64,000 nucleotides of DNA from Curvularia clavata (Eukaryota): NCBI GenBank assembly GCA_023920165.1, contig CP089276.1:2914001-2978000 (forward strand), read 5' to 3'. Positions 11,481 to 21,609 of the stretch are shown one piece after another. Position 1 is the stretch's first letter, and every line of letters starts with the position of its first letter. The notes under the pieces were generated by a model. That model was not told the DNA's origin. It saw only the letters and a list, made by a program, of their open reading frames with translations, and did not search any database. Both the position numbers and the translations under genes were made by a program.

Positions 11481-12905
11481 CTAGGCCTGACCCGGACTAA
11501 CATTCGTCTGCCCAGACGACGTTACTGAACCGGTGTTCCCAGATGACGAGGGTAGACTACCAGACAATATGTGTAGTTCTCGTTGTAACCTGTCAATCTC
11601 TTGTTGCCTTCGCACAAGTTCTTCATTTGTCCTTCGCGATTCTTCTGCCGCTATTCTGTCCCTCTCGCGTTGTGCTGAATGGATTAGTCAGTTGCAGAAT
11701 AATTGCAATAAAAGAAATGGAGTAACATACAGCTAGATCTCCAAAGAGAGACTCCTGGTAGCACTGCTTTGAGCGTTCCCATCTCAATGTCAGTGAATAT
11801 TCCACTAAGATCGACCCACGACCTTCCGAGCAATATGTCGAAGTCTGAATCATCTTTTCCATCAACCAGGAAATATGTTGTCATAGACTTTTTTGAACCC
11901 AAGGGATGCCATGTCAATTCTATTCTCTCTTTCGACGAGACCAAAACGCCCCTTCGGCCCCTCTCCAGACGAAGCTTGAGTACTTCTTCAATCCCCTGAC
12001 TACCAAGAATTTCTGAAAGAAATTTTCGGGAAACCATTTCAACATCAGACTCATGATCCAGGATTGCCTTTGCCTTTGTGCCTACTTTCCCACCACCAAG
12101 ACCAATCTCGGCTATAAAGTGAATATCCCTTTCTGAAGAAGAGCATTCGGCTGCAGATACGTTTTTCGATTTAAGATCAAGGTTCCGTGCTCTCTGATTT
12201 TGCACACCATGAGGTATTTCTTTACGTTCGTTAGCAGTAGTGCGGCCAGGTCGCACGAAGATGTATGTTGACTGGTCTCGTTCGGAAGATCGAGGACCCC
12301 CTTTTGGTGTACTGCTATTCAAAAATCAGACCAATTCAATTTGCTTGCGATGTGAAGAAGAAAAATCTAAAAACAGTGATATAATAAGGGTGATAGATAC
12401 CTCCGCCTAGGCCTAACTCTGGCTACCTCCCTTTCTCCTTGATTCGATCTGGTGTCTCGCGCTTGCGACTTTGTTTCGCCACTTGATGAGTCAGTTGGGT
12501 CAAAACGTGGTTTGAATTATCACCCTACCATTGATATAATCCCAGAGCCAGGATGAGCGATTGTTGTGAAGAGTTGACAATGTCCTTTGCAGCTTTGAAA
12601 GCGATGCTTGCTCGTGGATCTATCATTTTCACAGATCTTCCAAATACCGCGATAGCGTACCCTAGTTTATGTTGCATGAAACGCATCTCCGAAGGCGAAC
12701 CTGGGGCCCACTTCTCGAGGATATCACTTGCTCGCTTTAAGAGTTCGCTAGTGTCCTTTATGATATCAGCAACTGTATCGATTTCGGCTGGGAGCGGCGC
12801 TTCCGTCTCCAAATGAGACGCAATTCTCATTGACAGATGATGACATAACCAGTTTTGGTGTAGGAACAAGTTTTGGAGACTTTGCCATTCTTGTATATGT
12901 GGCAT
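11481..12905 (-). CDS. Hypothetical protein: helical N-terminus + retropepsin-like (degenerate D-H-E) domain + C-terminal coiled coil, 4 exons
   Basis: Three introns (GTAGGG..CTGAC..AAG, GTATCT..TAG, GTATGT..CTGACTAA..CAG) join ORF 12525-12905, a small exon, ORF 11684-12322 and a last exon (QRERDRIAAEESRRTNEELVRRQQEIDRLQRELH..GQA*) in one frame. Motifs KAILDHESDVEMVS and FDILLGRSW. Confidence 0.75.
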
Positions 12906-13209
12906 AGTGCTTGATGTTATCCGGTCTATACAAACTCAGTTTCGAAACAAAGCTGACCTGGTCTGAGCACGCTATTGATCATTTTCTGGCCTAACAGGCA
13001 ATGTTTATAGCAAAAAACAGGATTGTCAGCTGAGTTGGCCCGCATAGGAGATCTGCCAATAGTTGAGCACGAGTTATTAGCGCTGCGGCTGAACTGGCAA
13101 CACGAACAACCTGGCTGGGGATCCCACCAGGTGAAAACTGCATTGCCAATACAACATCACGGAAACTGCTACCATACTCTCGCCCACGTATTTCGCATTC
13201 TCAACTACG

Positions 13210-14269
13210 ATGGCCAGTCCAAATACACAAGCAACAACGCAAAATATGCCGACTGCTCCTAAAGCACAAGGATACAACAAGCTCGCAAAGCTGATGGGAA
13301 AACACACGGAGATGGCCATCTTCCGCCGTTTCGGGTCTTTGAATATGATAAATTTACTTTATTTGCAAGCTGAATTGATGGATTTGGAGAGGAAGTACGA
13401 AGTAGCATACTGCGAAGACGCCAAGTCTAGTGTCGAGAGCGTGAGAAGCTTCTGTAACGACTTTGCGAAGCTTCGGTCATCCAAAAGCATCGGCTATCCA
13501 GACCAGCTAAATCAGTTATTGAATATCTCAGACAAGCTAGAAAAGTACAGTATGGTCAAGAAAGTCCTTAACCGTGTACGCCTTTAAAAGTTGAATGAGC
13601 TGACATTCCAACCAGACACCGCACTTTGTCTAGCAACTGATCTTAATAAACTCAATCCCCCAGGTCGAAAGGAATTGGCGAACTTTAGAACATGGCTTGC
13701 TGAGAAAGAAATGGGAGACAACTTCCTTGTAGGCACTGAGTACTTCACCTGGGATTCCAAGCACGATGGCGACTTCGTGGTTGTTAGCCCTGAGCCTAGT
13801 GAGGTTGAACCAATTTTTCCATCACTGTCTGACCTTCCCCTCAAACTCTTCCATTGTTGCTTTGGAAAAAAAGTATGAGGTTCTATTTCTATCCTATACA
13901 AAATCTCATGTACTAACGCCAGTTTGAAGCGACGACAACTTGATCCGGAGACTGGGGTTTTCGACTACAATGACGTGTATTTGAGACGAACAAACAAGAT
14001 CCTCGTGACTACAATTGCCTCAATACTTCCAATTGTTGCCATCATCGTCCTTTACGCTGTTGAGGGGACCTGGCGGAGAATCTATGTAATGATAGGGTTC
14101 ACTGCTCTGTTTGGAATCGCAATGGCGACCTCATCAGCAAGGAAATCAGAGATATTTGCAGCGACTGCAGCGTAAGTGCTCTCTTTCTGAAGCTAACCAA
14201 AAGCTAACAACAATAAGTTTTGCCGCAGTTGAGGTAGTGTTCATTGGAAGTGTGAGCTCTGGTAGCTAA
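13210..14269 (+). CDS. DUF6594-type fungal membrane protein, 4 exons
   Basis: GYNKLAKLM..MAIFRRFGSLNMINLLYLQAELMDLE, the typical DUF6594 start, and C-terminal hydrophobic helices ending EIFAATAA|FAAVEVVFIGSVSSGS*. Confidence 0.85.
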
Positions 14270-14957
14270 CCAACCGCCAGCACCATATCCAATATAGGTG
14301 TTTGCAGGTTCCGAACTACATTATTGTCAATTTCCGTTGTAAATGCAAGGTTACCATGAGCACCTCTATTATTCAATGCGTACGTCTTGTCTGAATCACT
14401 CGCTCTGGAAAATAAGTCGAGCTTGATTAAATGATCATCAAGGTATTGTATTCACAAGAGTCCATATAACAGAGGCTGTAAGTATTGAGTGACCGCATGT
14501 TGCCATATTTCAATATGTATGGTTTGGAACTGACAAGACATGGCGTTCGTAATCAAGTTACCCCTAGTAAGTTAGTCCAACAGGCAGTAATTGGCATTCC
14601 AGTCATCTTCCGTGGTTTGGTTGCACAAGCACGGAATGAAGGTAACTCATTAATTTGATTGCACTAGCAGACATGAAATATGTGTAAAAACACCTTCCTC
14701 ATCGTCCCACAATCAGTAAAAGTGGAAGGTCAGAAAAAGGTCACCTACCATGACAAGCTATCAATACACAAACAATGGCCGACTATGGCAACTATCACAA
14801 CACTAAAAAGTAAAGTGGGAACTACTAAGAGTAACGCAAACAATAAATAACTGTGCGACAGGTTGTCATTTTCCAATTGCACTATATACATTGGAGAGCC
14901 TCGTAGAGTATATTATGGCATTATAGCTTCAGCTATCATGTATTTATGCCTACTAGT

Positions 14958-16748
14958 CTACTCGGCAGCAGCATTTTGCTTCTCATACTGCATCGCAGTA
15001 TCCCTTAGCTCAGGCTTAAGCGCATCAGCTACCTCGCGCGTGAACTTGCGTGCCGAAACCTTATGTTCGAACATGAGATCAAGCTCAGAGTAGGTGAAGC
15101 CCTTGGGCTCAGGAAGACGGAAATAACCCCAGGCGATGAAGAGCAATGCAATACCAGCCCAGAAGAAGCCACCCTTCGCACCCCAGTTCCAATCGTTCTT
15201 TCCAACCATCTTAGGCATGATCGTATTGGTGACGAAGACAATAGAGTTGTAGGATGCCCGAGAGAGTGCAACAGTCTTGACTCGAAGGCGAGAAGAGGGA
15301 ATTTCAGCGGCGAGGGAATAGCAGATTGGTCCGATTGAAAGCTAGTCTTGTTAAAAACTTTCGAAAAAAGGGGTGTGAGGAAAAACATACCTGGAAGCAG
15401 AAAATCATGAGAATGATCAAGATACCTCCAGCCAAGCCCGCACCCTTATTCGAAGGCGATGCAAGGCCAATGAATCCAACAATGAGAAGGATGAGGAAGA
15501 TGGCGGAGATACCAGCAAGGTACATAGGTCGTCGGCCAAAGCGCGTCATAATCCACCACGCAATGACACAACCAACCAGACCCAAGCAATCTTGCCCGAT
15601 TGTAAGGTGGAACGAATCCTTCTGCGAGAGGCCAATTCCGGTCAGAAATTGTGTTCCAAATCCCATGAATGGAACACCACAGAGAGCTTGAGTTATGAAT
15701 GCCATGGCAGAGACCTCTGTGCGGTGAAGATCGCTTCCTTGGAACAAGTGCCAGTAGTTGGTTCCCGCGCTGACTTGCTTCTCGTATTTATCCGTTACCA
15801 CCATCATCTCAACATGGGCGTCGAGATCGAACTGGACGCCTTCGGTAGGTGTCGTGATTTTGCGGATTGCGTCTCTGGCGTCGTCGATACGGCCTTGTCT
15901 AACCAGCCACCATGGAGATTCTGGCGCAAGCAAGGTAGCGAGGATGATTGGAATTGGCCAGATCCATTGAAGAGCAAAAGGAATTCGGTATCCCCATTGT
16001 GTTTCGTTCTGCATCAGCCCAGTGAGAATGCCGGTAGACAGGAGACCGCCGATTACCCAGCACATGTTGATCCATGAAGTCATGTATCCTACCAACAATT
16101 AGTATTGTTGTGTCACGCACCTTGAATGCACTCACCTCTAAGATGCATAGGGCAAAGGTCTGCTGCGTAGGAAATGGCGAGTGTCTGGAAGATACCCCAT
16201 GGGAGACCCTGGATGATACCGCCCACAAGGAACATCTCCAAGCCGGTCGAGAAGAATGGGATGAAGACGGCTCCAATCATGAAGATCAAGCTGCCAATCA
16301 TTGTCTTCTTGTATCCTATCCATTCTGTGACATAACCGTTGATAATAAGACCGACGATGCATCCGACCTATGGCGTTGTGTGAGCCATGCGCGCTGATGG
16401 CGTTAATGCTTGAAGTGTGCTTCGTACCTGCGTTCCATTGAGGATGATTGTTTGCCATCGTGCTGACACAAGCTTGTTGCCATCGGCGTCGACTTCATCG
16501 CCGAATCTGTTTTTGAAAGGCGTGAATGCGAAGAACTTGTTCATAAGACTGGTATCGTATCCTTCCATAACCACGCAGAGTGAGATGATGAAAGAGAAAA
16601 CAATAGCCTTCGACCAGAATCGTAGAGACTGGCGGACAGACATGTTGAGCTCATTGTTGATGGCTGCGTTGGTATCGTCGACGGCATTAACGCCAGGTGA
16701 GGTGACATGCTCAGCCACCTGGGCTTCAGTCTTCTCCTTTGAAGCCAT
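14958..16748 (-). CDS. MFS sugar porter, maltose/alpha-glucoside permease-like, 4 exons
   Basis: VMEGYDT, GYKKTMI, YAADLCP, WGYRIPFALQWIWP, PESPWWLVR, FGRR, WNWGAKGGFFW, RLPEPKG. Confidence 0.92.
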
Positions 16749-17110
16749 GTTCGTTCAGACTCCAGAGTGCGTGAGACAAGGTGCTGTTCCAGTGGGTTGA
16801 GGTCGGAATGGAGAGACAGACAAGAAAATTCGTATGGGGCCGAGGCATATATAGACCTCCCGACCAGGTGGCTTCATGCATCGAAGGACCACGGTCATGC
16901 CAGGAGTGAAGGGCTAGCCCGAGGATCTGGTTAGCCCAGATATTCGGTAGTGGCCTAGAAGAGGCAAGACCGGATCTACTTGCGGGGAAGCACATGGCGG
17001 AGAAGTTCATACAATGTGCCCATGGGGACAAAATGGAGCATTCCCATGTCGATGCGGTCCAATCATAAGTAGCCAAGGGATTTGCCCAGTCGGTCGCCAC
17101 AGGGGGAGAG

Positions 17111-17137
17111 ACTTTTCCGCCATTAAACCGCCGCTAA
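17111..17137 (-). promoter_or_regulatory. Candidate Zn2Cys6 site (TTAGCGGCGG-TTTAAT-GGCGGAAAAGT) upstream of the permease
   Basis: CGG-containing words shared with the alpha-galactosidase promoter at 19295-19310. Confidence 0.45.
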
Positions 17138-17457
17138 TAAAAAACATGCCCTTACCGGACCCGATACCTGTTCTGACTAAAGCCGCCTCTCCACAACCAG
17201 TAAACTCAAAACGAGCTCACCGATGTGGCTGTCAATACAGTAAAAGCAACAGCGAAAACTACAAGTGCTTTTGAAGGTAGAGTTGTGAGCAATAGGAATA
17301 CAGTAAGTGATTAGTAACTACGACAACTACAATTATTTTCAAAAGTATTGGTGCAGTTGGTTCTGTATACCGCTATTTTCCGGTTTCACCAGGTGACCTG
17401 TTGTGGGAGAAGCCGCTCCGAGGTTAGCATGAGTCATGTCCAACCAGCGTCTTCATT

Positions 17458-19185
17458 ATGTTTTCCGACGATATCCCGCCAATTTCCCGCCCCTCCGATG
17501 GTAGCGAAGCCTGCTTCTCCTCCAATACTACTATGCGCAAACCATCTGCATGCAGAGTTTGTCGGTAAGCCAACTATAAGCCTGGTGTTCCGATCGCGCA
17601 TAACTGAAGAGATGTTTCTAGGGCGCGTCGTCGCAAATGCATCTACCCAACACATGGGTTAGAGGCTGTCTGCGAGTATTGCTCGACCCATGGCCTGCAA
17701 TGTCTCCAAGGTCCACCAGAAGGTGGATACTATGCAAGGCGGAACGCCAGGCTTCAATCAGTCAACACACCCTCACAGCATGCCCAGAGCCAGGATGCAC
17801 CGCGATCACCATCAGGGAACAGTGGCCAGGAACTGCCGCACATTGCACTCAGACGAGAGCTGGTAGAATTATACTTCGATTATATTCACGACCAGTTTCA
17901 TTCAATCTACCACCGGGCGTCTTTCCTGGACGATGTGATGAATGATCGAGTACCGGCAATCGTGCTTTTCGCCATCTTCGCATTGTCTGCTCGGTTCTCC
18001 ACCAGCCAAGCATTCGTTGGAACTGACCCGAGAGAGCGGGGCGAACGGTACCGAATGCGAAGCGAGGAATTGCTTAACATCCGCTATCTGCACCCCACGA
18101 CGGTCCAAGGGTGCATCTTGTTAGGCGCATACGCTGCCGCCAGTGGTGAGACCGATGTTGAAAACATCTATTACAGCATGGCTGGGCGCATGTGCTTGGC
18201 TCTTGACTTGCCAAACCGCCCCGTTGCAAGCCTAATAGAGCGTGAAGTGAATATCAGAATATGGTGGACCATCTGTATGGTGGATGTTTGGTCGTCAACT
18301 GCAGTCCGATTGCCGCGCATAATGCCATTCGATACCACTGTACCTCTCCCAGTTGACGAATTCCCGTTTACCTCAATGAGTACCGATTCGGAATACGGGT
18401 TCATGGATTCGGCTTCTTTATCTTCTCCTCTCATGGCTGAGATGGTAAAGTTGAACAGGATCTTAGCCAAGATCATCGACTTCAATCGCACATGTGTATC
18501 AGAGCATTTGGAAGGCATGCCGTTAGAGAAAGGCATGCGCGAGCTATCACGCGACTTGGACGTTTGGCTCGAAGGCCTTCCCCAACATATGCGCGACACA
18601 CCGGAAAACTTCAAATACTTTGCATCGCGAGGTCATGGACGCATGTTTGCGGCTGTGTATCTAGGCTATTACCATTTTGGTCAGCTTCTAAACTACCAGT
18701 TCCTATCATCGTCAACAGAAGAGTGCGGCCGATACGCCGAAGCTTGTAAACAGCATGCGGCGCGGCTTTGCTCCCTCGTTTATCGCTCGCATTCGACACC
18801 TGGTAGTGAAGTCATGTACTCCGCAGTCTCACACATCCTCGTCATTGCATCTACTGTTCAGATCCACACACTGCTCTTCTCTGGGGACGAAAGTGAGATA
18901 CGGATCTCGAAAACAAGACTAGAGCGAAACTTTGAAATGCTGCTGCGATTGCGCACATATTGGCCCAGCGTGGACGGCGCTATGAGTCGTCTTCGAGCGT
19001 TCCATCAAACATGTCTTCGAAGCAAAGAGACCAGTTTCGTATTGGATCGGTGGCTATTGCGTTTCCTGGTCCAGTTTGCGCCTCACATGGAATTGGAGCC
19101 GAGAGATCACGACCCTGAGTATGAGGCACTGCTAGCATTGAGCAAACAGTCACCACTCTCATGCTACTCGGGTCTATCGCTATAA
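17458..19185 (+). CDS. Zn2Cys6 transcription factor with fungal-specific TF (middle homology) domain
   Basis: Spliced cluster SACRVCR|ARRRKCIYPTHGLEAVCEYCSTHGLQC, then LVELYFDYIHDQFHSIYHRASF continuing into the 416-aa ORF (RIWWTICMVD). The start could instead be 17533. Confidence 0.9.
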
Positions 19186-19269
19186 GAGAGATAAAAAATC
19201 GATTCAGACACTCAGAGTGATCATTATATGGAAGCGAATGAAGTTCGATGACCCTGACAGACACGAATA

Positions 19270-19350
19270 GTGGGGATGAAATCCCTGCTTAATGTTAGCG
19301 GCGGAAAACTTGCCAGGTTTTCCACATTTGCGGAGTAACCCCCACATTTG
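19270..19350 (+). promoter_or_regulatory. Alpha-galactosidase promoter elements: CreA-like GTGGGG/CCCCAC, TTAGCGGCGGAAAAC and inverted repeat GGAAAAC-N7-GTTTTCC
   Basis: The motifs are read directly from the sequence; their function is inferred. Confidence 0.45.
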
Positions 19351-19473
19351 AGACTGGACTTTGGAAATCTAGCACAGTGATCTATTCACTTCGCGTCCGA
19401 CTAGGGGTGGTGCAGACATATAAGTCTGCTGAGTATGCGTCCATTGCTCAAAAGACAACGTCAATTTTTCAAC

Positions 19474-21159
19474 ATGCCGCCACCTCATACCACAATTGTC
19501 GTCGCGTCGACCATTTTCAACGTCGCAGCTGCTATTAAAAATGGCCTCGCTATCACACCGCCAATGGGCTGGGTAGGACATTTCTGCCCATGACAATCAC
19601 CTAATGCTGATCTTGAAAGAACAACTGGAACGCATTCGGGTGCGATGTATCCGAGAATCTGCTTCTTACAACCTCAGCACAGATTGTCGATTTGGGTTTG
19701 CGAGATTTAGGCTACAATTACGTTGTCCTAGATGATTGCTGGCAAGATCCCCAAGGCCGAGACAAGGATGGAAAACTTCAACCAGCGCTGGACAAATTCC
19801 CCAACGGGTTGAATTCAATCTCTAGCCACCTCCACAACCAGAATCTCAAGTTTGGAATGTACAGCAGCGCCGGTGAAATGACTTGCGCGAGATATGGTAT
19901 AGTCGCCTTGATCATTCACTCGACTACAACAACTAAAAGCAAGTAGAAGGGTCACTCGATCACGAAAAAGAAGACGCAGAGAGCTTTGCCAAATGGGGGG
20001 TGGACATGCTGAAATATGACAGCTGCTATCACATGGGCCGTGTAGGAAGTCCATCCGTGTCGTTCAACCGTTTCAAAGCCATGTCAGATGCATTGAGGGC
20101 GACGGGAAGAAACATTTTGCTGAACTTGTGCAATTGGGGTGAGGACCTTGTCCACACGGTAAGGAATCTGACTTTTTTGCAAGTTTGGTGTTGCGAAAAG
20201 CATATACTAATCAGCGATGATAGTGGGGGATGTCTATTTCGAACTCCTGGCGAATCACGGGCGACATTTATGATTCATTCACACGTCCCGATGATCTCTG
20301 CGGCTGCAACACCTTGGCACCAGGAGATGTCAATTGTGTAGCGCCTGGTACTCACTGCTCTGTGTTGTTCATTCTCAACAAAGTCGCACCATTTGCTGAT
20401 CGCAGCATCCCCGGTGGCTGGAGCGATCTGGACATGCTTGAAGTCGGGCAGGGCGGAATGACCGATGAGGAGTACAAAGCACACTTCGCACTTTGGGCTG
20501 CGCTAAAATCTCCATTGTTTCTCGGTAATGACCTGCGAGATATGCCCGCCTCAGCGCTTACCATCATCAACAACCCGGCCATAATTGCGTTGAGCCAGGA
20601 CCCCCACGGTAGAAGCGTAACACGCGTCCGACGGGATACAGAAGGTGTTGCAAAGGACGAATGGGGTGTTGGTGAGACACACGTCTGGGCCGGACATCTG
20701 CACAATGGCGATGAGGCCGTGATTCTTTTGAATGCTGGCGGAAAAGACATTGAAATGAGCGTTTCACTTGCTGAGATTTTCATACCATATGGACCCGGCG
20801 GTTCGGCACCACACGTCAAGTACGACTGGGATATCTACGATCTTTGGGCACACCGCATGTCTGAAGCAACTGCTGAAGAGTTGCTTGGGGCAAAAACAAG
20901 CTCAGAGAAGCAAACTGTACTAACCAAAGCGAACTGGTACAATGCCACCGAGGTTCCTTATGCGACTGGTCTTGCTCAGGGAGATGCACGACTCTTTGGT
21001 GAGAAGGTTGGTGTAGTCCAAGCAGGCGGAATTCTCAAAGCCGACGTGAAGAGTCATGCCGCGCGAGTGTTTCGGTTGCGAAGAGTTGCGAAAGAAGGGG
21101 ACAAGTTTGAGGCGAAGAGTATTGCAAGAGATGATCCTGAAGAGAAGGATGAACTATAG
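19474..21159 (+). CDS. GH27 alpha-galactosidase (melibiase), 4 exons
   Basis: NGLAITPPMGW|NNWNAFGC, YVVLDDCWQ, KFPNG, FGMYSSAG, WGVDMLKYDSC, NSWRITGDI, GGWSDLDMLEVG, HFALWAALKSPLFLGND. Confidence 0.95.
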
Positions 21160-21609
21160 AAAGATTGAACTTTGGGTTTTTATTTAGAAGTTGGGACTCC
21201 ACAATGGATGTAAAATGTATGCAACGTTGGCGTTTCTATCTGTAGAGAAAACTGTTTATCGATAAGATATACCGACAACGCGCTTGGCGTAACCATGGAC
21301 GTGGTTGTGGCACACGAAACAAACGGGACTCCGCACAGGCCCCAACCTCACTAAAACCACGCCGTGCCCCAAACTTCTTTTCTCCAGGCCGAGAACTCAA
21401 CCACGACACAACTGACTCCAGGAAAAAAACGTAAAACTCACTTCTTTGAATTCTTAAATATCATGTTGGGTTTCAAAGCTAATCAAAAGAAGTAAGGAAA
21501 GGGAACAAACATTGCTGTAGAATACGGCATCTTGGAGTCCCGATTATTTTGTCAACTTGGTGCCGGTTAAACCCGTCGCCTACCACGGATTCTTGTCCAA
21601 GGACACACG

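Noticed and set aside
11684..12322. LTR retrotransposon call from the retropepsin-like motif
   Set aside because: No gag, RT, RNaseH, integrase or LTRs; the segment is an exon of an intron-containing gene.
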